Virus record (IMG/VR): IMGVR_UViG_3300029309_000102
Location: 1-39,138 of that record
Strand: one strand, 5' to 3'
DNA length: 39,138 bases
Source of the DNA: a virus
Taxonomy: Duplodnaviria > Caudoviricetes
Below are positions 17,305-25,988 of this stretch, piece by piece (the stretch's first letter is position 1; every line of letters starts with the position of its first letter). The translations under genes and the position numbers were made by a program. The notes under the pieces were generated by a model. That model ran no database searches, was not told where the DNA came from, and saw nothing but the letters and a program-made list of their open reading frames with translations.

Positions 17305-19037
17305 TGGCGGACGACACTCAAGGACCAGTAAGCCGTTTCTTATCGGCACTCGCCAGTCCGTTTCGTCGGCGCACGACGCCCGAACCTCAAATGCCACTGT
17401 ACACCACTGGTATTCAAGAGCCTGTGCTGGCTCAAGGTATCACACTACCAGCCCTGTATGCTGTTAGTCAAGAGAACCTCATCCTTCGTACTGTTCAATC
17501 TAAACTAAAGCAAGAGATTTTCCGTCGTGGGTATCACTGGGAAAAGAAGTTCCGCAAGAAATGTGTTGAGTGTGAAGAAGAATTTCATCACGATGTTGAA
17601 CAGTGTAACAGTTGCGGAGGTGCCGTTAGAGACCCCGACCCCGAGCAGGTCATCTATCCTCGCTGGCTACTAAATCAAGAGAACGCTATGGAGCAGTCTT
17701 TCATGGATGTTCTCGGTGAAATTGAAAGCGACCTCAACATCGTGGACGATGCTTTTCTTATCCTCATTAAAGAATACTTCGTGGACCCCGAAAGCGGTGA
17801 AATCGCTTTTTACCGTGTGAAGAATATCATTCGTGGTGACCCAATTTTCATGCGCATTATTGCTGACAAGCGTGGTGTGCGTGGTGGGCGGTACAAAATT
17901 TGTCGCATTCATAGGGATGAAATCGCTTATCCCGGTCAAGAGCCGAAGTGTAAGACATGTGGCGCTGACCTCGTGGACGCTCACTATGTCAACATGGCTG
18001 GTAGTGGGAAAAACCAGTACTATACCAAAGGTGAAGTAATCCATCTCAGCAAGTACAATCCGTCTAAATTGTACGGTCGCAGCCCAGTCAACACCATGTG
18101 GCGACAAGCGATGAGCCTTACGGCCATGGATAACTACATCTACACTGCTTACCAAAAGCGAAGAACTCCAAAGGGTATCATCTCGGTCACGACCGATAAC
18201 TTGGAGTCCATGAAATCGTTTTGGAAGTCTGTTGACGAAAAAATGGAGCGAGACCCTCACTATGTGCCCAAGGTGGGTATTGAGTCTTCTTCGGGGCGTG
18301 GTGGAGTTAACTGGGTAAAATTCATGGACACGCTGGAAGAGATGCAGTACATCGCTGTTCGCGATGAAATCCGTAACCGAATCGCTGCTTACTACGGCGT
18401 ATCAAGCATTTTCATGATTGACAACGGTAAGTCGGGCGGGCTGAACAACGAAGGTCTGCAAATTCTTGTCACAAACCGTGCTGTAGAGTATGGACAAAAA
18501 GTGTACACCGAGAATCTTTTCCCACGCATGTTAAAGCAAATGGATGTCACTGATTGGAAGTTGACGCTTTACCCCAATGAAGAGGAGGATGAAATCACTC
18601 GCCTTCGCCGTGATGAAATGGAAGTCAATCTCGCTCAGCGTATGGCTATGCTTGGATATAAACCGGAACTGCTTGAGGAAGGTGAGCGGGACATTCGCTT
18701 CGTATATAGAAAACAACCGGAGGGTGAATCCGGCATGCCTCAACAGGGTATGCCTCAACAGGGCATGATACCGCAGCAAGCGATGATGGCTCAAGGGCGA
18801 ATGCCCCCTCAAATGATGGCTGGAGGAAGAATGCCCCCTCAAATGATGCCCCCGTCTCAACCCGGCGGGGAGGGTATGGGCATACGAACCCCCCGCTCTC
18901 CAGCGAGACCACAGGCTCGCGTGTCACCGGGGGCGGGTTCGCCAGTAAGTAGCGTTCAGCAACGAGGTATGCCTCCAACCATTCAGCAGCAAAACAGCAA
19001 CGCCATGATGGGCGCACGACGCCCGAGAGGACAGTAA
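17304..19037 (+). CDS. portal protein with Zn-ribbon insertions and Q/P/M/G-rich tail
   Basis: Portal-like motifs DLNIVDDAFL, EVIH...LYGRSP, RIAAYYGVS. Lies between terL and the protease/MCP genes. CVEC..CNSC and CRIH..CKTC inserts. Confidence 0.88.
   Translation: MADDTQGPVSRFLSALASPFRRRTTPEPQMPLYTTGIQEPVLAQGITLPALYAVSQENLILRTVQSKLKQEIFRRGYHWEKKFRKKCVECEEEFHHDVEQCNSCGGAVRDPDPEQVIYPRWLLNQENAMEQSFMDVLGEIESDLNIVDDAFLILIKEYFVDPESGEIAFYRVKNIIRGDPIFMRIIADKRGVRGGRYKICRIHRDEIAYPGQEPKCKTCGADLVDAHYVNMAGSGKNQYYTKGEVIHLSKYNPSKLYGRSPVNTMWRQAMSLTAMDNYIYTAYQKRRTPKGIISVTTDNLESMKSFWKSVDEKMERDPHYVPKVGIESSSGRGGVNWVKFMDTLEEMQYIAVRDEIRNRIAAYYGVSSIFMIDNGKSGGLNNEGLQILVTNRAVEYGQKVYTENLFPRMLKQMDVTDWKLTLYPNEEEDEITRLRRDEMEVNLAQRMAMLGYKPELLEEGERDIRFVYRKQPEGESGMPQQGMPQQGMIPQQAMMAQGRMPPQMMAGGRMPPQMMPPSQPGGEGMGIRTPRSPARPQARVSPGAGSPVSSVQQRGMPPTIQQQNSNAMMGARRPRGQ
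18732..18848 (+). repeat. coding tandem repeats in the portal tail (GMPQQ; GRMPPQMM)
   Basis: 15-nt units at 18732-18767. The 20-nt GAATGCCCCCTCAAATGATG occurs at 18799 and 18829. Confidence 0.85.
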
Positions 19038-19081
19038 TCTCTTTTAGGGCGGCATCACTACGAACGACAAGAGGCGAGAAC

Positions 19082-19426
19082 ATGGACCTACAGAAAATGG
19101 ACCCAATGGCCCGCAAAATGGCGATGCACAGCGAGGCATTCATCAAAGCACTGGAAAGCGGAAACGCCAACGATGCACAAGGGCATATCAATGAAGTGCT
19201 CAAGTTCGCTGGCTACTTATCCGATGACATTCATGGAGCCATAGTCAAGGCTGAGCGTGAAAATTTACAGGCTATTCAAGTGAACATGGTGCGAAAAATG
19301 AATCAAAGCGGTGCTAAATTTGACACCGCTCAACGAAATGATGTGCTCCCCGGTACGATTATTCCGGCTCGCACCAACCTCCAAGCAAGAGTTCACCGAG
19401 GCACTTTTGGTCGCTACCAACCATGA
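19082..19426 (+). CDS. hypothetical protein (head module)
   Basis: 114 aa, SD-like GAGGCGA; preceded by CTTTTAGG-GCGGCATCA. Confidence 0.75.
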   Translation: MDLQKMDPMARKMAMHSEAFIKALESGNANDAQGHINEVLKFAGYLSDDIHGAIVKAERENLQAIQVNMVRKMNQSGAKFDTAQRNDVLPGTIIPARTNLQARVHRGTFGRYQP

Positions 19427-19435
19427 GGTGATTGA

Positions 19436-19762
19436 ATGTCTGAAGAGAGTGCTACTGAGCGTTTGATGAACACATTGATTTCAAAAATGGAATCAATGGA
19501 TGGCGACCTTCAATCGCTCAAAGCGGAGAACGCCGCTTTGCGTAAAGCGATTAGCAATCCTTCCAACCTCTTGAAAAAGGCAGGCTTTGTTTCAACTTTG
19601 ACACCTCTCAGTGAGGATGTTGAAGTTGATGCTTTCCGTGCTGCTGACGATTCTATAATCAAAGGTCATACTGAGTTTACAAACGCCGACATTCACAAAA
19701 TGTCGTGGGATGAGATTCACGAAATGGCCGAGCAAGCAAAAAATACTGAGGTGAGTGCATGA
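19436..19762 (+). CDS. small coiled-coil protein sharing the scaffold C-terminal motif MSWDE[IV]H
   Basis: SD GAGGTGA 19425-19431. KMSWDEIHEMA here versus NMSWDEVHQLA at the end of the protease/scaffold. Confidence 0.78.
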   Translation: MSEESATERLMNTLISKMESMDGDLQSLKAENAALRKAISNPSNLLKKAGFVSTLTPLSEDVEVDAFRAADDSIIKGHTEFTNADIHKMSWDEIHEMAEQAKNTEVSA

Positions 19763-20481
19763 AGCCTATCCCATCCCCCTACGACAACAGCGTGATAATT
19801 GCATTGAACAAGGCGCAACAACTCCTTGAAAAAGCAGAAAAATTGGAGATGGTTGAACATGGAGGTAAAAAAGTACCTCACTTTGCCGCAGACGGTAAGG
19901 GTCAAAAGGACATGAAAACAAAAGCAAGCATGGCTGAAAAGGATAAGTACTGCATGAAGAACTTTGGTAAAAAGTATTCAGAATGCTCGGAAAAGCAAAA
20001 GGCTCAGTGCGATAAGGCTCACGGTAAAGTGGAAAAGGGCGAAAAGTGTCCTGATTGTAAAAACAATGATTGCCCGACTTGTAAAATGGAAAAGGGCGAA
20101 AAGTGTCCGTCATGCGGTTTAAACAAAGCAGACTGCATGGGGAAAATGGGAGGCTGCGGCTCAATGAAAATGAAGAAAGGATTTGACGAGGGCACTCAAC
20201 CCGGTTTTAGCACCTCGTTCAATTCTAACCCTCAAGGTGTGATGTTTATGGCTGAAAGTGGAGGACAGACTCGCAACGCCTACTACACCACCAATCAATA
20301 CCCCTACACTGGTGATGACATCGCTAACAAAGGCGCTACTTCTGAATCTTTCAACATGGAGTCTTTGTCCGGCAAATTGAATCCGCATGAGGGTGGTGGT
20401 GCTGACCGGCAAATCGTTGAAGGTCATCTCAGTAAAGCGCGTGCTATGCTTGAGGCAGCAGGTAAACCACGAAGGTTGTGA
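19759..20481 (+). CDS. Lys/Cys-rich protein with repeated EKGEKCPxC units
   Basis: SD GAGGTGA 19748-19754. Perfect 22-bp repeat at 20030-20051 and 20087-20108; many K-[AG] dipeptides. Confidence 0.75.
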   Translation: MKPIPSPYDNSVIIALNKAQQLLEKAEKLEMVEHGGKKVPHFAADGKGQKDMKTKASMAEKDKYCMKNFGKKYSECSEKQKAQCDKAHGKVEKGEKCPDCKNNDCPTCKMEKGEKCPSCGLNKADCMGKMGGCGSMKMKKGFDEGTQPGFSTSFNSNPQGVMFMAESGGQTRNAYYTTNQYPYTGDDIANKGATSESFNMESLSGKLNPHEGGGADRQIVEGHLSKARAMLEAAGKPRRL

Positions 20482-20487
20482 AGTCGT

Positions 20488-23400
20488 GTGCAAGATGATG
20501 CTGTCTCCGGTTATGTTCGGGCAAGAACTGAACTGTTGAAGTCAATTCTTGACCTCAACGACTACGATACAGCCGTTGCCAACTTTGCTTTTGCTCAAGC
20601 CAACCTTGAGAATCACGGCTACACCGTTGAAAAAATGTGGCAAGACCACATTTGCGAATCCGTTCTCAAGCACGAACTCAGTGAGGAAGAAGCAGCCTAC
20701 TTCAGTGAAATCAAGAAGTCCGACCTCATGGAGCGTCGTGGTGCTGAACACACTGTACCCGCTCACTTTTGGCGAGGGCGTATTCACGAAGTTGACTTGG
20801 AAGACGCCCATCGTGTGTGGCCGTCGCTTGACCCCATGATGGACCACAGTGAGTTTCACTACTCGGATGTCACACCGTTTGACGAGAAGTTCCATCCTAT
20901 GCGAAACCGACACAAAATCACGGGACGGCCACGATGGGTAGAGACTTTGAGAGGGCTTTACTTGCCCTCAGCACCGGGCGAAAGGTCCCGCATAGAGATG
21001 CTGAAAGAAAGTGAAAACACCTACGAGCGCCACCACGAAAAGGAAGAGCACGCTGCTGTCAAAGGGCGAAAGAAACTTGACGCTATCACTGATACCGAGA
21101 AGGACCATCACCCCTACCTCGGTCCTCTCCAAGACTCGCACCTCCACGACATTTACATCAACAACTACGAGAACTGGTTGAGTCAAAACCGTGACTTGGA
21201 AAAAGAAATGATTGAGCGATACCCCAATCCCGATGTTGCCGACTTTGAACTACGCAAGTTGCACTTTGAACAGGCTGCTGATGAGTGGGAGTCAAATGAG
21301 GAGTCAAGCAGCATTGACCCAACCGAGGGTATGACGCAAGAAGAGTTGTACGACGCTTTCAATCGCGGCGAATCCTTGGAGCCTATTCAAATACGAAACG
21401 GCCTTGGTTGGCTCGGTCTTACCGCTGGGATGGAGTTCCTTACCCCCGAACAGCGCATTGAGATTCTTCCTCATTTGATGGAAGGGAGCGATGGACACGA
21501 CCGTCAAATGATTGACCTCGGCGGCGGTCAAAAAATCTCAGTCGGGCGAATCAAGCGCAACATCGCTCATCGCTTTACTGGTGAGTTCCACCACGCTGGG
21601 CGAGCCAACATTCACGGTGGCCCCAATCTACGAGCGTACTTTGAGACGCCCAAAGACCATCCCGAGGGAATAGACTATTTCATCAAACACTCTCTTGCTG
21701 AAGCGCTTGGTACGGCCACGCTTGAAAGCGGTGAAAATATCGGTGAGTTGTTGCTGGACAGCATCAACACTGCTTTGTTTGGCGGTGATGATGAGCAGTA
21801 CCTCAGCCGCTTACCACTCATGAATATGAATGCGTTGCGTGCCGCAAGGAGACAGGCAAAAAAAGTTGCGAAAGAAACGGGTATCTCTTACAACGAAGCC
21901 TTGGGTGAAGAGTTCAAACATCATGATGAACGAGATGGTGAAGGACGGGTAGAGATTGATGGTTTGTTTGCTTTGGCTGGTATTGACCGAGATACAAAGG
22001 AGCCTGTTGAGAATCGCTTCATTGAGGGTCTCAGTGAGCCGTTGTTGGATGTGTCCTCACTGTTTGAAGTGTTTGCGAAAGCAGAACGATTGGCTGGCAT
22101 CGCTCTCACATCAAAGGATGTGCGCAACGCTGACATGTGGCATCACCTTGGTTTCAACGGACCTGCTTTGAATGAAATTGACCCAAGCCAACAGGACATT
22201 TGGATGCAGGGTGAGGAAGGCCCTATTGGAGCAGCAGCACTCTTCTCATCCGAGTGGCAAACTCGTGGTGGTGCTCACAGCAGCCCTCTTACCATCATGG
22301 AGATGCTTCATGACATGTTGCCCAAAGACGAAGAAGGCTACTCACTCTTCGGGCGTCTCAACCAAAACGGGCGCTTTGAAGTCAACCCAAAGTCAGTGGG
22401 TTTGTTTGGACGCTACATACCAATGCTCAGTACGAAACTCAGCAATAATCACTTCACTCCTCACGGCGTACAATCATTTTACGATGCTACCCGACTGGCA
22501 GACAATGGAGAACACCCCCGAAACACAAAACAGAAAATGTACCACGGTGCATCCTCTTCTTCGCCCGGTTATTCAAACAAAGTAAAGCCCGATGGCAGCG
22601 GTTTTGATGCAAGAACTGAAATTGACGGTTCATCCAACAAACACACTCTTAGCGGCAGACATGATTTTCAAAATGCGCTTTTAGTCACAGGCGGTAAACG
22701 CGGTGAGGCGACCAACCAGCGCTACAATTCCCGTATCAAGCATCGCGCCGTGACGGCTCAACAATTGATGAAACCACCCCATGACGCCCCGAAAAAGCGC
22801 CACTTGAGAACGAGGGACATTTTAGGTGGTAAGTTCACATTGAGCCACAATGCGAACAACATCAACGCTCACAGGGCGTTTCATGCTTACAAAGGGTACG
22901 AAGAAGGAGGCGGTGAACTTAGCGACGCTGAGCAAGATGAAGCAGACGAGTTGCAGGCTCAAGCAGACGAGTTGCACCTACGACTTGCAGACCCCGATAT
23001 GACTGACGAAGAGCATGAGGAGATTAACCGTCAAATAGAGGAACTTGAAACTCAAGCGAAAAACATTTACGACTTTGGAGGACAAGAGCCTTCACAAGCC
23101 AAGGGGCGTAAAACAAAGAGAGGTTACACCACTCCATCTACCAATCACGATACGAAGGATGAGGCTGACCTTGCTGCTATCGTTGAAATGGCGAAGCGCT
23201 TCAAAACGATGTACGAGAAGGAGGACCCCAGTGCGTTTGACACTTCGGACCCAAGAAAAGCCGATGCTAACATGCGCATGCTTTTCCATGATGCAAACCG
23301 AGCACTCATGATAATGCGCCATGAAGACCACGGTTTGTTCACACACGGTTACGACACACAAAGTGTTGACCAAAGAACAGCGAGTGAATTGTTGAGTACT

Positions 23401-25953
23401 GAGGATGAAGTCTTCAATCCACAGCGAAACCTCGCGTTGAGTATGATTCAGCACGGTGTTGAACTCACCCCCGACATGGAAGCACAGCAAGTGTTGGAAG
23501 CACTGGGCTTTCCAACGGACAGGAGAGGGAACTATGACCCAACTCACACTGCTCTTGCTGAGCAAATCGCCAGCGAATTAGACGGACCTATGAGTGCTTT
23601 GAAATTTGCAGACCTTCTTTCCCAAGGGCCTAAAATCCACCCCGAAAAAGACATGTCATTTGACCATGAAGGTGCAGAATCACATCAGCACTTTGACACC
23701 TTCATGCAAAAACTTCGCTCCTTACCCGAGTATCAAATCTACCGCGCTGGCGGTAGTAGAGCCGCTACTCCGCTAAAACCGTGGGCCAATGAGAATTACA
23801 CTATCCCCTTACTTCAATTGAAGAGACTCATGACAGAAAAAACCGCTACTGGAGAGGAGGCAGGTAAGCCTGTCGCTGAGAAGTACGGGATGAGGCATTT
23901 ACCAAACGGCTCTCGTGGTAAAAATGAGCGGGGGAATAAAAGCGTAGGAGCGGCTTTTGCACACGAGATTAACCGCTTGATGCACGATGTTGTCCTCATG
24001 TCAAAGGAGAACCTTGACCTTAGCCTCCTTGCTCAGCCACAAGTGGAGCAAGGCATTCACAATGTCACAACTGCGAACTACGGTACTGGTCGCCCGATTC
24101 ACCCTTACACCTCAATGGAGGGGCATCGTGTACACGACCACTTCGTGTCGGGTGTAATGCACACCGGGCGCTCAGCCATGCCCACGGTCGGGATTGAATT
24201 TGATGCAAACCGTCAACCTGTAGTCGGACCAAACATGGGTGGGGAACAGGATTTGAAGACCGTGAGCCTTGACAAGCAGCAAGCAGTCTTTGGTGAAGAC
24301 TGGACGAAAGCCATGAGCGACAGTGGCTGGCAACACGAGCAAGAAAACATTCGTATGATGCAGCCAAACCCAGCGGGTGAAACACCAAGCGACGACCCAA
24401 TGGACATCGGTAAGAGCCTTGACGACCAACTCTATGCGTTGATGAACCCGGATGCACTGCTCAAAGCAGACGGCAAACCTCTACCCATCCTTGCGATGCA
24501 CCGCATTTTCAAAGTCAAGGACTTGGAATGCTTGCGTGGTTATAGCGGTGAGTGGGCTGTTTCAGCGCTCCCTGCGGGTCAGCGCATGATTGTAGAGCGC
24601 CGCTCCGGGCGTGTAAAAGCCTACGATGAGGACGGACCAGTTACGCTGGAGGATGAAGACCGGAAGCACATCCGTGCGTTGACTGAAAAGAATTTCATCA
24701 TTGATGTAGTCAAGACCGACAGTGAGATTGTGCTTGTTGACATTTTGGACTACGATGATACCAACATCGCTGACATGAATGTGCGTGAGCGTATCAAGGT
24801 CATGCGTGGGCAAATGGACAGTCAAGAGCATGTCATTGTTCCCGGTCCTCACAACTTCCGCCTCACTGATGACGAGGGTTTGGAAGAAGCAACTAAGAGT
24901 CTGCAAGAAGAGCATGACCGTCTGTTGCTGCGAGACGCCACCTCCACTTACATGAAAGGAGAGCGCCGTCATCCGAAGTGGTACTTGATGCGTGCGAACA
25001 AGAACATAGCCTTCATCGTTCTTGATGTGCGAGGTAAGGGTCCTTTCACTTACCGCCTTGGTGCTGGACCACTTGACGCTGAGGGACTTGGCAACCGTGG
25101 TGTTGAGCATGAAGGTAAGCACTACCTTGATGTTGGTACAGTGCAAAGTCCCAAACCGTTCAACGAGGGTGATGTCGTGAGTGTCTCCGTATCAGGTGTG
25201 AAAAAGAAGAAGCGTAACGACAAAACGCTGTTTGATGTAACTGCATCAAAAATCGTAGGTGAGGCTGACTGTGCTGCTGCTTCTGCTGAAACGCTGTCCC
25301 TGTTGGCGAAGTCTCACGACCTCATTCATGTACCGTTTGACCTTTCGCTGCAAAAACAAAGCGTAGTGGTTTCACTTCACGGGATTGATGATGTGTCCTA
25401 CATGCTTGAGAAGTCCTCTCATGGGTTTTGGGCACACACGCCTACTTCCATGTTGGGTGAACTTAGCGGTAGCACTTACGCTGTTGAACTCGCTCAAAGT
25501 CTCGCTCCATTGTGGAAGCCCGCTACATCGCTGATGATGAAAACAAGTGTCCCAACTCGTAGCATGGCTGACCCCAAGCATCGTCGCGCTTCCGCCAAAG
25601 AGTCTGCTGGTGTTATTGAGGAAGACGATGAAAATGCCATCATCAAACCTAAGCGTGAGGAAATCATGGTCAAGACGCTGACTCGTATTGTTGACCTATA
25701 CGAGCGTATCGCTAAGGAGAAAATGTCCGGTAGGACCAGTGCTCAAGGACTGGGTATTGATGTAGGAAGTCAAGTTGAGTCTCCTCGTGGGCCCACCTCA
25801 CTAACATCTGAACAGTCCATGCCCGACTATGACATGAGAGACCGTCCAACCGAGGACCCCGAGGAAGAATACCCCGTGGCACGAAGAATGCGGGAGAAGC
25901 GTAAAAACAAGGAGCAGTCTGCTGGTTATGAAGCGGAATCGGAAAATGACTGA
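20488..25953 (+). CDS. 1821-aa protein with C-terminal degenerate ATP-dependent DNA ligase-like domain
   Basis: At about 24460-25320, ligase-like motifs EWAVSALPAGQRMIV, LVDIL, RERI..MR and LLLRD..STYMKGERRHPKWYLMR are followed by an OB-fold-like region (YLDVGTV). The catalytic Lys positions appear substituted. Confidence 0.75.
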   Translation: MQDDAVSGYVRARTELLKSILDLNDYDTAVANFAFAQANLENHGYTVEKMWQDHICESVLKHELSEEEAAYFSEIKKSDLMERRGAEHTVPAHFWRGRIHEVDLEDAHRVWPSLDPMMDHSEFHYSDVTPFDEKFHPMRNRHKITGRPRWVETLRGLYLPSAPGERSRIEMLKESENTYERHHEKEEHAAVKGRKKLDAITDTEKDHHPYLGPLQDSHLHDIYINNYENWLSQNRDLEKEMIERYPNPDVADFELRKLHFEQAADEWESNEESSSIDPTEGMTQEELYDAFNRGESLEPIQIRNGLGWLGLTAGMEFLTPEQRIEILPHLMEGSDGHDRQMIDLGGGQKISVGRIKRNIAHRFTGEFHHAGRANIHGGPNLRAYFETPKDHPEGIDYFIKHSLAEALGTATLESGENIGELLLDSINTALFGGDDEQYLSRLPLMNMNALRAARRQAKKVAKETGISYNEALGEEFKHHDERDGEGRVEIDGLFALAGIDRDTKEPVENRFIEGLSEPLLDVSSLFEVFAKAERLAGIALTSKDVRNADMWHHLGFNGPALNEIDPSQQDIWMQGEEGPIGAAALFSSEWQTRGGAHSSPLTIMEMLHDMLPKDEEGYSLFGRLNQNGRFEVNPKSVGLFGRYIPMLSTKLSNNHFTPHGVQSFYDATRLADNGEHPRNTKQKMYHGASSSSPGYSNKVKPDGSGFDARTEIDGSSNKHTLSGRHDFQNALLVTGGKRGEATNQRYNSRIKHRAVTAQQLMKPPHDAPKKRHLRTRDILGGKFTLSHNANNINAHRAFHAYKGYEEGGGELSDAEQDEADELQAQADELHLRLADPDMTDEEHEEINRQIEELETQAKNIYDFGGQEPSQAKGRKTKRGYTTPSTNHDTKDEADLAAIVEMAKRFKTMYEKEDPSAFDTSDPRKADANMRMLFHDANRALMIMRHEDHGLFTHGYDTQSVDQRTASELLSTEDEVFNPQRNLALSMIQHGVELTPDMEAQQVLEALGFPTDRRGNYDPTHTALAEQIASELDGPMSALKFADLLSQGPKIHPEKDMSFDHEGAESHQHFDTFMQKLRSLPEYQIYRAGGSRAATPLKPWANENYTIPLLQLKRLMTEKTATGEEAGKPVAEKYGMRHLPNGSRGKNERGNKSVGAAFAHEINRLMHDVVLMSKENLDLSLLAQPQVEQGIHNVTTANYGTGRPIHPYTSMEGHRVHDHFVSGVMHTGRSAMPTVGIEFDANRQPVVGPNMGGEQDLKTVSLDKQQAVFGEDWTKAMSDSGWQHEQENIRMMQPNPAGETPSDDPMDIGKSLDDQLYALMNPDALLKADGKPLPILAMHRIFKVKDLECLRGYSGEWAVSALPAGQRMIVERRSGRVKAYDEDGPVTLEDEDRKHIRALTEKNFIIDVVKTDSEIVLVDILDYDDTNIADMNVRERIKVMRGQMDSQEHVIVPGPHNFRLTDDEGLEEATKSLQEEHDRLLLRDATSTYMKGERRHPKWYLMRANKNIAFIVLDVRGKGPFTYRLGAGPLDAEGLGNRGVEHEGKHYLDVGTVQSPKPFNEGDVVSVSVSGVKKKKRNDKTLFDVTASKIVGEADCAAASAETLSLLAKSHDLIHVPFDLSLQKQSVVVSLHGIDDVSYMLEKSSHGFWAHTPTSMLGELSGSTYAVELAQSLAPLWKPATSLMMKTSVPTRSMADPKHRRASAKESAGVIEEDDENAIIKPKREEIMVKTLTRIVDLYERIAKEKMSGRTSAQGLGIDVGSQVESPRGPTSLTSEQSMPDYDMRDRPTEDPEEEYPVARRMREKRKNKEQSAGYEAESEND

Positions 25954-25988
25954 TGCCGCTTCATTTATGTAGGTGAACGAAAAGAGGA

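Noticed and set aside
18732-20108. Short direct repeats as a possible CRISPR or mini-array
   Set aside because: They have only two to three copies, are in frame and encode peptide repeats, with no repeat-spacer periodicity.
24460-25320. Functional ATP-dependent DNA ligase (lig)
   Set aside because: The adenylated Lys of motif I and the motif V lysines are not visible, so it is reported as a degenerate fold without a gene symbol.
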